The notes beneath the pieces are model-generated. The model saw only the letters and a list, made by a program, of their open reading frames with translations, made no database searches and was not told the DNA's origin. From a virus (Duplodnaviria > Caudoviricetes): a DNA stretch of 34,073 bases. Below are positions 24,578 through 34,073 of this stretch, one piece after another. How positions within the stretch are numbered: the stretch's first letter is position 1; each line of letters starts with the position of its first letter. The translations under genes were made by a program, and so were the position numbers. The stretch spans positions 1-34,073 of IMG/VR virus record IMGVR_UViG_3300018424_000093; one strand, written 5' to 3'.

Positions 24578-25188
24578 TAGACTGGCGCTCCTGATGGTCT
24601 CATTCTCAGCCGCTGGCCGATTTTGCGTTTGTCGTTAGAGTTTGCTGCTCGAACTGCTCTCTCATAAAGCGGCGCGTAAATACCCAAGCTGGCGTCATCC
24701 TTCAGATACCCGGCCGCATTGGTCAGACAGCCGTACATGTAGAGGTCGGGGTAGTTCGTAAGGATCGAATTAGTTGGCGCAGATGCAGACAACGGATCAA
24801 GCCTGGCATAATAAAGCAGCGTCGCCGCAACGTCTGAGCCGCTAGCTGGCTGTGGCCACACCTTAATGAACTCACCAAACACCGTGAACAGTTTTGGGTT
24901 GGCCGTCAGGCTTTGATGGTTCATCAAGCTGTCCTGGCTGACAAAATCCAACCGGCGACCAGTGCCGTCGAGCGTGATCGACTTAATCTCCAGAAAATCT
25001 GCCGGTAAGCTGAGATCCGTGTCGTTGATTAAGTAAGACGCGCTTTTTTCCTGCTCTCTGACACGCAGCTCACGCTCAAACTGGCTCTCTGTCAGCTTGA
25101 TAAACGTATCAATCGAGGCATCCGCCTCCGCGACATTCATGAAGTCAGCTACGGCTGTCTTTAGCTCGGCATAGGTTGCAATGCTCAT
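24577..25188 (-). CDS. Head-tail adaptor
   Basis: MSIATYAELKTAVADF...YPDLYMYGCL motif; synteny. Confidence 0.78.
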   Translation of the reverse strand: MSIATYAELKTAVADFMNVAEADASIDTFIKLTESQFERELRVREQEKSASYLINDTDLSLPADFLEIKSITLDGTGRRLDFVSQDSLMNHQSLTANPKLFTVFGEFIKVWPQPASGSDVAATLLYYARLDPLSASAPTNSILTNYPDLYMYGCLTNAAGYLKDDASLGIYAPLYERAVRAANSNDKRKIGQRLRMRPSGAPV

Positions 25189-25517
25189 ATTTTCCACTCA
25201 AACGGGCGCAGATAACGATACTCATTAGAGTTCAGAAGCCGCTTCACGCCGTCCCAGTGATCTGGGTTGTGGGCGTCAATGCCATGCTCAATGAGCCATT
25301 TCTGCTGAATTACGACCGGAATGGTGGCTGCGTAACGCATGTCACCGCCCATGCCTTCAAACTTCTCACTGATATTCTGCAAGGCCTTGTTGCGCTCTAT
25401 AAGCGGCGTCAGATCCTGCTCTGCGCCAATGTGAACCTGGTCATCGTCAAACTTAACGTACCAGTCCACACCGTGCGGCGTACGCAATAAATGGTCTTCT
25501 CGCGAAAACCTACTCAT
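25185..25517 (-). CDS. Hypothetical virion-module protein
   Basis: ATIPVVIQQKW...LNSNEYRYLR; coupled ORF. Confidence 0.72.
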   Translation of the reverse strand: MSRFSREDHLLRTPHGVDWYVKFDDDQVHIGAEQDLTPLIERNKALQNISEKFEGMGGDMRYAATIPVVIQQKWLIEHGIDAHNPDHWDGVKRLLNSNEYRYLRPFEWKI

Positions 25518-26022
25518 CCTCTATCTCCGCAAAACCTTTTGCTTCGAGCCCCTCGCCAGTTGCACGAGACACCACGATGCGATCACCTCTTGCGTAGAAA
25601 CCGCCTTCGCCGTTGCTGATTTTGCCATCACCGCGCTTTAAAATGACGCAGGTAACACCATCAGCAATTTCAACCGCGTCAGGCGCTGGCGGTGCTAAGT
25701 CCCGTTTCGTTGTTGCACGTAATTCCAAACCCTCAAGACGGCCATAAATCTCCTCAATCGCTAACGATTGACGGTTTAACCGTTCGACGATCTCGTCCAG
25801 GTCATAGCCTTCAACGGCTGCATTATCAGCGTCTGGTACGGCCAGAAACTCTTCCAGCTCCTCTGTCAGCACTGGCTCCAGTTCTTCGTCGGCATCGTCT
25901 TCGCCAGAATGAGCCTCTGCTAATGCGTTGCTCAACCGCTCAATGCCCCAGCGCTTGTCATATTCGACGCCAAGAGCGTCCAGTTCGGCCCACAGCTCCT
26001 GCTTGTCCGTCTCTTCACTCAT
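25510..26022 (-). CDS. Acidic hypothetical protein with N-terminal HeH/Rho-N-like motif
   Basis: ELDALGVEYDKRWGIERL; ATG 26022 with GGAG SD. Confidence 0.7.
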   Translation of the reverse strand: MSEETDKQELWAELDALGVEYDKRWGIERLSNALAEAHSGEDDADEELEPVLTEELEEFLAVPDADNAAVEGYDLDEIVERLNRQSLAIEEIYGRLEGLELRATTKRDLAPPAPDAVEIADGVTCVILKRGDGKISNGEGGFYARGDRIVVSRATGEGLEAKGFAEIEDE

Positions 26023-26039
26023 TTTCAATCTCCGGTAAC

Positions 26040-26069
26040 GAAAAGGGCGCCCCAACCGGAACGCCCTTC
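26040..26069 (-). terminator. Terminator-like hairpin after the major capsid gene
   Basis: AAGGGCGTTCC-GGTT-GGGGCGCCCTT-TTC on the - strand. Confidence 0.65.
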
Positions 26070-26093
26070 TCTCTCAGTTCTGACTGACCAGTA

Positions 26094-27062
26094 TTAGCCA
26101 GACAGGTCGCCAATGTAGCCGTGGGCTTTCTCGTTCCGGCATACCAGCGTCTCTTCGCAGATCATCTGATACTTCGTGTTATCGCCGGTTTTCGACAGCT
26201 CATTACGCTCGTATGGGCGCAGAACGCCCTTGGCCAGAAACTCATGGTCAACAATCAGAGCAGCCTCTGACAGACCATAAGCTACAGGAACGCAAATCAG
26301 GTTGCCGAACGAGCTGACATAGACGTCAGCAGCGCCCACAATGGTCGCCTGATTGTTTCCACGCACTTCATTACGGATGCCGCTGATACCGCTGAATCCG
26401 TTGAATACGCCTTTGTGAGCCGCTTTCATATAGATGTGACGGTCCTTCGACGTGCCGCTATTGGTGAAAATTGACTCCATGACACCAGTAACCTGCGCTT
26501 CAGTGAACGCGCGGTTGGTGCCCGTCGTCGGTGCATCAACAACAGCAGTTGAGGTGTTGAAGCCTCCAGCAGAGCCACCAGCACCAAGATCGACATTGGT
26601 TTCGATCCAGGACTGTAGGCCACCCATGCGGCGCTGAGTTGCACCACTTTCGAGGCGAGAGCTGTTTGCTGACAGCATAGATGCCTCGCTGTCGCGCTTG
26701 AGCTGAATGCCGTGGATGGTTGTCTGACGTGCGATTTCAGACTTGCGGCCTGCTTTGTCTACTTTTTCCTGAGTGCCCGAAACAACGAACGCTTCAGTCA
26801 GGATCTGGCAGATGTTGCTGACCCGCGTTGTGACGTTCTCGCTGTATGCAGAAACGTCATCACCTTCCAGCGCGTTGTTGTCGGCTGTCGGTGTGTCCAG
26901 CGTTTCAAGCTGCCACTCGTGGCGGACAGCTTTGGCGTTTGCGGTGCCAATGTTGCTGGACAGTGGGGTCAGTTCAGGTGCAACGCGGGAAATTACGTTC
27001 GAAAGGTCTTCCCGGTTGCCTTTTTGCGACAAGGTTGTCGCGGTGTTGGTAGGAGCAGCCAT
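26094..27062 (-). CDS. Major capsid protein (DUF5309/SU10-like)
   Basis: GNREDLSNVI, HEWQLETL, NICQI and LSKTGD...EETL motifs; follows the scaffold gene. Confidence 0.88.
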   Translation of the reverse strand: MAAPTNTATTLSQKGNREDLSNVISRVAPELTPLSSNIGTANAKAVRHEWQLETLDTPTADNNALEGDDVSAYSENVTTRVSNICQILTEAFVVSGTQEKVDKAGRKSEIARQTTIHGIQLKRDSEASMLSANSSRLESGATQRRMGGLQSWIETNVDLGAGGSAGGFNTSTAVVDAPTTGTNRAFTEAQVTGVMESIFTNSGTSKDRHIYMKAAHKGVFNGFSGISGIRNEVRGNNQATIVGAADVYVSSFGNLICVPVAYGLSEAALIVDHEFLAKGVLRPYERNELSKTGDNTKYQMICEETLVCRNEKAHGYIGDLSG

Positions 27063-27087
27063 TGCTCGTTTCCTTCAAGGCTCGGCC

Positions 27088-28185
27088 CTACATCAGAAGT
27101 TTTGTTGCCTCGTCCAATGATAATTGGCCTTTGTTCAGCAACTTCTGCCGCTGGGCCTGTTGTCTGGATACAGGCTTTACCGGAGCGTTTGGCTTGATGC
27201 CTGAACGTCTGGTTTTACCTGCAACGGGTTTGGGTTTTTGAGTTTTGGCCTGCTTCGCCTGCATCTGGTCGTAAAGCATAGCTTTGCGCGCGATCACCAA
27301 ATCCTCCGCGCTAGCCAACTTTAAAAGGTCATCTGTGTAACCTGTATCACGCAAAAATTGCGTGACCTGACGATCCAGCTCTGCGCCCGTCTGCGGGTCA
27401 AGAAATTCAGGTGCAATCTCGGACAGTTTTTGGTGACGTTCCTGTACGAATTGCACGAACTCTTGTTGCTCGCGGTCTGAACGTGCCTTCTCAGCTTTTG
27501 CCTTTTGCTCTTTGAGTTGCTCGAAAGTCGCCCGGTGCGCCTGGTACTCCTTTGGGTCAAGCTGTTGTGCAGCCTGTGCCCAGTCGGTTTGCTCATAAAT
27601 CGCAAGACGCTGGTCTACTTCACTGACAAAACCGTCCAGTTGGCCGAGGGCACTTTCGTACCGTTTGCGCTCGGTTGCGGTTTCGTTGAGCTTACGGCTC
27701 AGAGCGGCGTTTCGCTGCTTTTCATTCGCGTTAATATGAGCAGCAAGTTGCTCGCCAATCGGGCGCAGCTCCTTGGGCAGCTCTTTCAACGTGTTTTCTA
27801 GCTTGGCGAACGTGTCCTTGCCGTTTTGGTCCCAAAATTGAGGCGTTTCGATTACCAGTTCTGGCTCGGTCTCTGCCTCGTCGTCAGCGTCGTCGTCTTC
27901 CTCATCAGGATCGTCTTCGCTGTCCTCCTCGCCCGGGTCAGACTCGGTGGATTCTGTCTCGTCAACATCAGCCTCTGCGTCGATCTCCTCGACCTCCAGC
28001 TCGTCAACGTCTGTTTCTTCTATCTCAGGCGCCTCTGCGGCCTCTTCCTGCTCATCTGCTTCGTCTACTGGCACATCCAGCAAGGCGTTTGCTGCTGCGT
28101 CTATAGACAGGCTCTCAGCCCCCTCAACCGCGCACCATTCCGCCATCGAGCGGACAAAGGGACGGTGCATCATGCTTGTCGTCAT
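27088..28185 (-). CDS. Capsid scaffolding protein
   Basis: Highly acidic N-terminus, coiled coil and basic C-terminus; lies between portal and capsid genes. Confidence 0.8.
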   Translation of the reverse strand: MTTSMMHRPFVRSMAEWCAVEGAESLSIDAAANALLDVPVDEADEQEEAAEAPEIEETDVDELEVEEIDAEADVDETESTESDPGEEDSEDDPDEEDDDADDEAETEPELVIETPQFWDQNGKDTFAKLENTLKELPKELRPIGEQLAAHINANEKQRNAALSRKLNETATERKRYESALGQLDGFVSEVDQRLAIYEQTDWAQAAQQLDPKEYQAHRATFEQLKEQKAKAEKARSDREQQEFVQFVQERHQKLSEIAPEFLDPQTGAELDRQVTQFLRDTGYTDDLLKLASAEDLVIARKAMLYDQMQAKQAKTQKPKPVAGKTRRSGIKPNAPVKPVSRQQAQRQKLLNKGQLSLDEATKLLM

Positions 28186-28370
28186 AACCTTTTCCTCAGT
28201 TCTTCTTTTAACCGACGCTTCAGCTTCACTGTCACGTCATTCTTTAACGCCGCCATGAGCCGCGCATCGTTGCCGCTTTGATCGAGAGCAGCGTTCATCG
28301 CCTCCTTGGCGAACTCCCGGCAAAGATTGTCAGTAACCTCGTCCAGGATCTTGTTGACCCGATCTATCAA
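28182..28370 (-). CDS. Small hypothetical protein
   Basis: ATGA overlaps on both sides. Confidence 0.7.
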   Translation of the reverse strand: MIDRVNKILDEVTDNLCREFAKEAMNAALDQSGNDARLMAALKNDVTVKLKRRLKEELRKRL

Positions 28371-30418
28371 CCGACAGCTCCACCAGGCCTGATTTCAGTA
28401 ATTTCAGCGCTCGTGCGCGATTGCAGCGCCATCTGCTCGCGCTTGAGCTGCAACTCGGCCATCATTTGCTCACGCTTGAGCTGCATCTCGCGCTCCATCT
28501 GTTCGCGTCGCAACTGAACGTCAGCCTCCAGCTTTTTCAGTTCCAGCATTTGCTTGGCTTCCATTTCAGCCTTTTTGGCCTCCATTTCCATCATCGCCTC
28601 GCTGTCTTCAGGGCGCTGTTCAGGCGCCTCCACCGGATTAGTAATAAATTGCGTCACAGCTTTGAGGCCAAGACGATCACCCAGCGCTTTGTAAAGGTTG
28701 AACACATTATCCGCTGTCACAAGCGGACCACTCAAACCGCCTTGGCTTTGCACAATCTCGGCGGTGCGCGCGGCCATCAGTTGCAAGGCAACAATGTCTG
28801 CATCACGACCACCAGACCCCACACCAATTTCGACCCGCATCGCATTACGCCGCTGGAAATCGTTCGGGCTTACATCAACCCAACGGCCACGCAGCTCTAC
28901 GGTGTCCACGTAACTGGCGTTTGACCGCACCAGATCGTGCATACCTTCAAACAAGTCTCTGAATCCGTTTTCCGCAAACAGGCGCGCCATCATGCGAATA
29001 CGTTTCTGACCTTCATTGTGTTGAATTTGCATGCCGCCTTTGGTGTCATGCAAAGCGTCTGGGTTCAGTCCCTGGTTTAGCCGCTGAACACCAGAAGACT
29101 GCTCCTCAATGGTTTTGATCTGTTCCATCGTCTGAAACGGGTTGATCGACAGCGGTGCAGACACAATCGGGAAAACTGCACCGGCACGACGCATTCTAAT
29201 GGGCGCACCTGGATCATTGTCCAGAACATCGTCAAGGGTGTCATCGGTTGAGTCATCTTCAGCAATGCCTAGCCGCTGATTAAGCTGAAAGGCGTTGTTG
29301 TCGAGGCCGTTTCGTAACAGTGCCGTGGTAATTTTCTGGTATGGCATGATCTTGTCGGCCAGATCGAGACCATACAAACGAAACGGCATCGGATAAGGCG
29401 AAAGAACTGCCGCTTCTATACGTGGCCGCTTCTCTATGTCGAGAATGACCTTCTCATTGTCTGCCGTAATGATCCGATAGATTTGCGGACGACCACTGCC
29501 CTCAAAATCAGCGCGCAGATAATGCTCCATGACCTCTACCTCGGCCAGGTCGCCCATCGCAACGCTCTCATCATCATCTTCGTCTGACGTATTACGAGAC
29601 ATCTCTACGCCAGCGTCGGAGTCATAATATTCATCAGGCAAAGCACGAACAATGTCGGCATCATACCCGTCTGCAATCAGATCCTGCTTTTGTGGGCGAG
29701 AACGGAACACAACATAGTTCGCGTCTCGCAGTCTCATGGTTTCTGGCGCTGCTGCAAAATCGCTGGATGGCCATGCTTTCCAGCAGGCACGAGGTGGGCG
29801 CACCATTTTGCGCGCCGTGAAGCTGTACTGCATCAGATTGGTCTCAGGGTCGATCTGCTCGTCAGTGACCTCTACAATCTCAATGCCCTGTGCCTGCAAT
29901 TCATTCAGGTCGTAGGTCTCTCCCTCATACGTCTCGTAGTCTGCATCATCTGACCACCAGTATTTCATCGGACCGACACGACACAGCAGGCTCTCTTTGA
30001 TAGCATCATAAACGTTCTGGAACCCGTCATTGCGGTGGAAAATAACCTCTCGCATGTAGTCGGTTTCTTGTTCTGCCGCGTCTACATCACCCTTACTCTG
30101 CGGTTTGAACGTCAGCGCATCTTCGCCACCAAAGAAGACCTCCATGATGTCTGGCATGATGGTTTCCACCATGTCCGCCAGGTCAGTCGTTGTTGCACTC
30201 GAACGGTTAGAGTCTACTGGTTTGCCTTCGTCATCGACCGCAACCGGCAAGTCATCCACAATGCCTTGGAGGTACTCCAAGGCGCGCTCCCGGTGATCGT
30301 TCAACTGCTCATCGTCATCTAAGCCAACAGAACGCGCGCGCTCGTGCTGGAGAATACCTGTCAATGCGTCTTCAGTAAGCGGCTCACCCATCCAGGTCAG
30401 CCCGTCAGGCAGTGGCAT
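28367..30418 (-). CDS. Portal protein (P22-like, with coiled-coil barrel)
   Basis: 683 aa after TerL; DVDAAEQET motif; C-terminal QLKREQM coiled-coil repeats. Confidence 0.88.
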   Translation of the reverse strand: MPLPDGLTWMGEPLTEDALTGILQHERARSVGLDDDEQLNDHRERALEYLQGIVDDLPVAVDDEGKPVDSNRSSATTTDLADMVETIMPDIMEVFFGGEDALTFKPQSKGDVDAAEQETDYMREVIFHRNDGFQNVYDAIKESLLCRVGPMKYWWSDDADYETYEGETYDLNELQAQGIEIVEVTDEQIDPETNLMQYSFTARKMVRPPRACWKAWPSSDFAAAPETMRLRDANYVVFRSRPQKQDLIADGYDADIVRALPDEYYDSDAGVEMSRNTSDEDDDESVAMGDLAEVEVMEHYLRADFEGSGRPQIYRIITADNEKVILDIEKRPRIEAAVLSPYPMPFRLYGLDLADKIMPYQKITTALLRNGLDNNAFQLNQRLGIAEDDSTDDTLDDVLDNDPGAPIRMRRAGAVFPIVSAPLSINPFQTMEQIKTIEEQSSGVQRLNQGLNPDALHDTKGGMQIQHNEGQKRIRMMARLFAENGFRDLFEGMHDLVRSNASYVDTVELRGRWVDVSPNDFQRRNAMRVEIGVGSGGRDADIVALQLMAARTAEIVQSQGGLSGPLVTADNVFNLYKALGDRLGLKAVTQFITNPVEAPEQRPEDSEAMMEMEAKKAEMEAKQMLELKKLEADVQLRREQMEREMQLKREQMMAELQLKREQMALQSRTSAEITEIRPGGAVG

Positions 30419-31676
30419 AGCGTATCCTTTTCAAAGGTTGAGACCGGCGCGGCGGCTCATAGTGAATAGCCATCAGGCCGAACGCATCGGCAGCGTGGCT
30501 TGACCAGTCATGTTCTGGCCCTAATCCAATGTTGCGGTCTTCTGACCGGCGCTCATGGTAAAACCCAATCGCCTCCCGGCCAGATTCCGTTTTGTCTGCG
30601 TCAAACCACATCTGACCAAATAAACGTCTAGCCGCCTCTACGCGCTGCATGGCAGCACCACGGCCCTGATTAGGTATGGTCTGAACGACGAACCCTGCAT
30701 CGCGCCAGTGGTCTTCATAACGCTTGCCGGTCACATTGTTGGCGTTCGTGCCATCGTGCGGCAAGTAAACCCGCGCATTGTCCCATCCAGCCCGGCGCAT
30801 CCAGTCAACATGATACGATAGCGTCTGGCCCTGGCTTTCGTAGTAATCCAATACGCGGATTTCGCGGTTTATAAACTGACAGACCCAGATCGTGTATGCG
30901 TCAGCAGTCGCACCCGCACCACCAATGTCGTGGTAGGATCTTATCTCCATCATCGGGTCAGCAGCTAGCGAACAAATACGACCGTCACGCTCTGCTTGCC
31001 GCAAGGCGTTTGCGTAGTAGGCGCCCTCAAATGCTGTAGCGTAATCGCCTTCCCAAATATGCTCGTAGCGATCTGGGTTGTTTTCCCAATCGTCCAGTCG
31101 CTCCTGTTCGAGGACGTGTGGAAACCACGGATTGTTGTTCCAGTTTGCTCGCACAATGCAAGCGCTGTCTCGTTCCTGCTGTCTCAAAAAACGATCAACC
31201 GGATCGGTCTTGCGGCGCGGGTTCCAGCTAAACCAAATTTCTGAGCGCTCCTTGCGGATCGTTGGTCTCAGCATTTCCAACGAGCGAGCGCTAAGTGTCT
31301 GCGCTTCTTCGACCCATGCCCTGTCAATGCCTTCAAGTGACTTGATGGTCTCGGCTGTGTGATCCTGCATGCCCTGAAACAGGATCTCCCCACCGCCAGG
31401 CGTTTCAATGTGCGTCCGTAAAACTCGAAAACCAGATCCAACGCCCAGCGACGCAATCTTGTCCTCGATGAGTTTTTTTGCGGACTGCTCCAGGCTTTTT
31501 TGAACCTCACGGATACACACCCCGCGCAAACCGGGATTGGCGATTGCCTCCTCCACCATGTGTTCGGCAAAAAAGTGAGACTTGCCTGAACCACGTCCAC
31601 CATACGCGCCTTTATAACGGGCTGGCTTCAGTAATGGACGGAAGACCTTTGCAGTCTCTATGACCAGATCAGTCAA
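30405..31676 (-). CDS. terL: Terminase large subunit (PBSX-type)
   Basis: Walker A GGRGSGKS, Walker B AWVEEA, SWNP and nuclease HDWSSHAADAF motifs. Confidence 0.95.
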   Translation of the reverse strand: MTDLVIETAKVFRPLLKPARYKGAYGGRGSGKSHFFAEHMVEEAIANPGLRGVCIREVQKSLEQSAKKLIEDKIASLGVGSGFRVLRTHIETPGGGEILFQGMQDHTAETIKSLEGIDRAWVEEAQTLSARSLEMLRPTIRKERSEIWFSWNPRRKTDPVDRFLRQQERDSACIVRANWNNNPWFPHVLEQERLDDWENNPDRYEHIWEGDYATAFEGAYYANALRQAERDGRICSLAADPMMEIRSYHDIGGAGATADAYTIWVCQFINREIRVLDYYESQGQTLSYHVDWMRRAGWDNARVYLPHDGTNANNVTGKRYEDHWRDAGFVVQTIPNQGRGAAMQRVEAARRLFGQMWFDADKTESGREAIGFYHERRSEDRNIGLGPEHDWSSHAADAFGLMAIHYEPPRRSQPLKRIRYATA

Positions 31677-32031
31677 TGATCTTCCGTGTGATTGATTTGA
31701 CCTCCAGACCGCCAGAGTGATGATGATGGTTCTTCTCAGACCAGGAATGCCAGCGCTGCGCCATATATTTCAGATTTGCAGCACCGTTGAACTCTGAAGC
31801 TGGTAATGCCAGCCCTTCTCGCAACCGCTTGGCCCAGAAAGCCTCTGCGAGCGCCTCCGCGCGTTTAAAGGCTTCCGAAAATGCCTCATGCTTATCGCGC
31901 CACAAATAGAGAGTAGACATCGCCAGATCCATTTCTGCCGCAGCCTCAACGAGCGTCATGCCCTGCTTGCCGCACTCGATCAGCTTATCGCACATTTCTG
32001 CGTTGTATTTGGTTGGCCGTCCTACTGGCAT
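31669..32031 (-). CDS. terS: Terminase small subunit
   Basis: GRPTKY plus HTH (TLYLWRDKHEAFSEA); directly before TerL. Confidence 0.85.
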   Translation of the reverse strand: MPVGRPTKYNAEMCDKLIECGKQGMTLVEAAAEMDLAMSTLYLWRDKHEAFSEAFKRAEALAEAFWAKRLREGLALPASEFNGAANLKYMAQRWHSWSEKNHHHHSGGLEVKSITRKIID

Positions 32032-32077
32032 GTTATCGGTCCTCACATAAGGTTGTCGATTGTGATGCGTTGCTGCG

Positions 32078-32239
32078 CTACTTTTTCCGTTTGGTTTTCT
32101 TCTTCGCGGTTTTTGCTGCGGCCTTGAAGGCTGCGGCAGTAGGGGCGCCTTTTGCCCCTGCTTTACGCATGCGCTCTTTGGAGCCTGCTTTGATGCGTTT
32201 GCGCTTTGCGTGAATGTTAGCGTAAAGGCCTCGCGCCAT
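32078..32239 (-). CDS. Small Lys/Arg/Ala-rich basic protein (53 aa, not in ORF track)
   Basis: MARGLYANIHAKRKRIKAGSKERMRKAGAKGAPTAAAFKAAAKTAKKKTKRKK*; TAATG overlap with the upstream gene. Confidence 0.8.
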   Translation of the reverse strand: MARGLYANIHAKRKRIKAGSKERMRKAGAKGAPTAAAFKAAAKTAKKKTKRKK

Positions 32240-32499
32240 TAAGACCTCCTGGATTTAGTACCAGAACATTTCCAGCGCTTACGACTCAGACGTAACGGGC
32301 TGTTCGGATTGCTTGCTGCTTTGCGATGCTTTTTCATCTGACCAGCAGATCGAGCGCAGTAGCTGTCGCCTTTGGATGTGCCTGGTCGGACGCGCGGTCC
32401 GCCGCCTTTTGCTTTCCCAGCCTGCCCGTATGAAACTTTTTTACCAGTGCTGGTTATCTTTACTCGTGCCTTGCCTTTGGCAGGCTTGCGAGACGGCAT
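32239..32499 (-). CDS. Small basic protein (DUF6321-like)
   Basis: KKVSYGQAG...DSYCARSAG...NPNSPLRLSRKRWKC motif; TAATG overlap. Confidence 0.78.
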   Translation of the reverse strand: MPSRKPAKGKARVKITSTGKKVSYGQAGKAKGGGPRVRPGTSKGDSYCARSAGQMKKHRKAASNPNSPLRLSRKRWKCSGTKSRRS

Positions 32500-32807
32500 T
32501 AAGCTGCGATCCGTCCTACGGCTGTATCAAGGACGCAGGAGCCACCAGAGACGCCTGACGCTGTAAATGTGTATTGGCCCGGCGCTACGCAAAAAAACGT
32601 GTCTGACGCCGTGTATGCGGCTGCTGTAGACCCGTCTGATTTCTTCGTTGCGATAAAGTTCTGAGATCCCTCAACGGCATTCGTCACAGTCACTGTTATT
32701 GTGCCAGTGATCGACATGGTTGCAACGCCATGACAGCCAAAAGGTACGACCATCGTGATCGCCTCGCTGTTTGCGTCCAGGGTCGTGTTACTAGTTTTCA
32801 CGCTCAT
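32499..32807 (-). CDS. Small beta-rich hypothetical protein (possible decoration protein)
   Basis: 102 aa, Thr/Ser-rich, coupled on both sides. Confidence 0.7.
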   Translation of the reverse strand: MSVKTSNTTLDANSEAITMVVPFGCHGVATMSITGTITVTVTNAVEGSQNFIATKKSDGSTAAAYTASDTFFCVAPGQYTFTASGVSGGSCVLDTAVGRIAA

Positions 32808-33442
32808 GCGAGAACCTCCTCTTCAATAAGTGCCAACCCATTCGCCGCTGCTACCATGTCCACATGAGCGCGACCATAGAGCGTTGCCTCGTCTACTACC
32901 GGATCGGCAGACACAATCATAGACGCACGAAGCGCATCGACCGTTGCCTGGTCTATTCCATCAGTTTCCAGCAGCGCAGCCATGTGGGCGTCATAGATGG
33001 CCCGATCTGCATTGACCTCATCAGCCGCTTTCATGGCCCTCTGGCGCTCGCTTACTGCTCGGGAATAAGCATGGAGCGGAGCGCGGATGGTTGTCAGCGC
33101 ATCGTGATAAGCAACCAAATCAGCGTCGTAGGTTTCGCTTTCAGGGTCGGGAAAAACCAGTTCTGCCTCTGCATCCTGAATGGCCTGCGTTTCCTCCTCA
33201 GTGAGCGGTGTCGGCTCGTCAGGAATAACCGGCGGGTCTTCAGGCTGTCCAGTCACCAGCCAGAGGAAGTGGCGCCGTGCCGTGGCGTGGAGGCCCCGAT
33301 GGGTGACATCCCCGGTACCAGTTGAGTTGAACGGAATAGCAAACCCGGCCTTGTACCCGATGGCCCCTGCCATCTGCTCGATACTATCTAGCGCGGCGAC
33401 GGGGGCGATGATCACCAGAGAGCGGACTGTGTATTTGGTCAT
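32804..33442 (-). CDS. Hypothetical protein accompanying the fibre-type gene
   Basis: ATG 33442 (TAATG overlap); FAIPFNSTGTGDVTH motif; acidic insert. Confidence 0.7.
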   Translation of the reverse strand: MTKYTVRSLVIIAPVAALDSIEQMAGAIGYKAGFAIPFNSTGTGDVTHRGLHATARRHFLWLVTGQPEDPPVIPDEPTPLTEEETQAIQDAEAELVFPDPESETYDADLVAYHDALTTIRAPLHAYSRAVSERQRAMKAADEVNADRAIYDAHMAALLETDGIDQATVDALRASMIVSADPVVDEATLYGRAHVDMVAAANGLALIEEEVLA

Positions 33443-34071
33443 TATGCTGTTTTCCTCGAAATCATGAAGTTCTCCAGAAGATCCCTGTTGCGGCCATCCA
33501 GACGGGTGTCCACTGCGGCCCATGCGTAGAGACGGCCTGTGGAGTCGTAGGTGCCATTGTATTCTCCGCCGATGTAGAAGCCGGAAGACGCCCATTCTGA
33601 TCGAGCGGACATATCTACACTTTCAGCACCAATCGTGTGGTCAGTGTTATCAATCAGAGCAACATATACATCATTCAGCGTTGCATAATCGACGATTGCC
33701 CCGTCTTCTCGATACACCGGAGAGCCGACATAACCGTCTATGCTTGTGAGCGCATTTCCTGCATTAGCTTCCAATACCCACGGCCCTAGATTGGTCCCAA
33801 ACATAATCTGGGTAAGATCCGTACTATCCCCCCTAAACGTCTTATACAGCGTCGCATTGGTTGAGCCTGCAATGTCATCTGCATCGAGGATCATGTTGTC
33901 ATCCAGCCCATCGAAATCGAGGTAGTAGCCGGTGTCTGGATGGGTCTCGTCATAGGTTGCATCCCCGAAGTGCCAGCTCACACCCGACTGGACAGACTGC
34001 TGGGACCATGCGCGCAGCGTGTTGTTGTATTCCTGAGTGGAGAGGGCGTTGTTGGAACTAAGGAGAAAGTT
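33442..34071 (-). CDS. 3' part of a fibre/decoration-type protein: DUF285/BspA-type cap plus LamG-like C-terminal half, running off the right edge
   Basis: Frame is open to the edge: NFLLSSNNALSTQEYNNTLRAWSQQSVQSGVSWHFGDATY...GYYLDFDGLDD...LLENFMISRK. Confidence 0.75.
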   Translation of the reverse strand, partial: NFLLSSNNALSTQEYNNTLRAWSQQSVQSGVSWHFGDATYDETHPDTGYYLDFDGLDDNMILDADDIAGSTNATLYKTFRGDSTDLTQIMFGTNLGPWVLEANAGNALTSIDGYVGSPVYREDGAIVDYATLNDVYVALIDNTDHTIGAESVDMSARSEWASSGFYIGGEYNGTYDSTGRLYAWAAVDTRLDGRNRDLLENFMISRKTA

Positions 34072-34073
34072 GG

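Larger units (their letters stand above)
1..34073. mobile_element. Temperate podovirus-like phage genome, near complete, in excised (attP) configuration
   Basis: Terminase, portal, scaffold, capsid, adaptor, nozzle and ejection proteins are present with no tape measure or tail tube. Lysis cassette, cI/cro, int/xis and an internal attP flanked by phage genes on both sides. No host housekeeping genes. Confidence 0.95.

Noticed and set aside
15240-31663. Numerous + strand ORFs across the late operon
   Set aside because: They are antisense to tightly coupled - strand structural genes and show no recognisable motifs.
33443-33595. 263-aa version of ORF 32804-33595
   Set aside because: The extension overlaps the upstream gene; the TAATG-coupled ATG 33442 is more plausible.
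1-34073. Terminal direct repeats, or a diversity-generating retroelement explaining the broken fibre gene
   Set aside because: The first and last bases do not overlap, and I saw no reverse transcriptase or template/variable repeat pair. The missing gap cannot be assessed.

Overview
The whole window is a near-complete genome of a temperate, short-tailed (podovirus-like) dsDNA phage in its excised, attP-containing configuration. It most likely infects an alphaproteobacterium, inferred from the GAAC-N7-GAAC SOS boxes and the promoter style. From left to right it holds a late-leader region, a replication and regulation block on the - strand (HTH initiator with iterons, loader-like gene, DnaA domain IV-like and OmpR-type wHTH proteins), a lambdoid cro/cI switch with 19-bp operators, and an early + strand operon (ERF, PAPS-reductase-like, HNH, C5 methyltransferase with a nested second-frame subunit, xis, int, RNAP alpha-CTD-like). 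After that come attP (the 3' half of tRNA-Thr(CGU)) and a long - strand late operon (lysis, ejection proteins, nozzle, fibre, adaptor, capsid, scaffold, portal, terminases). The two window ends appear to be the two halves of one gene broken in a DUF285-type repeat region, which suggests a circular genome. The most notable signals are: a duplicated palindrome plus LexA-box module on both attP arms of a phage whose CI has no autoprotease domain; a nested two-frame methyltransferase; an ADP-ribosyltransferase-like insert in an ejection protein; a stand-alone alpha-CTD mimic; and a structured, terminator-rich late leader. All family assignments come from motif recognition by eye, not from database searches.
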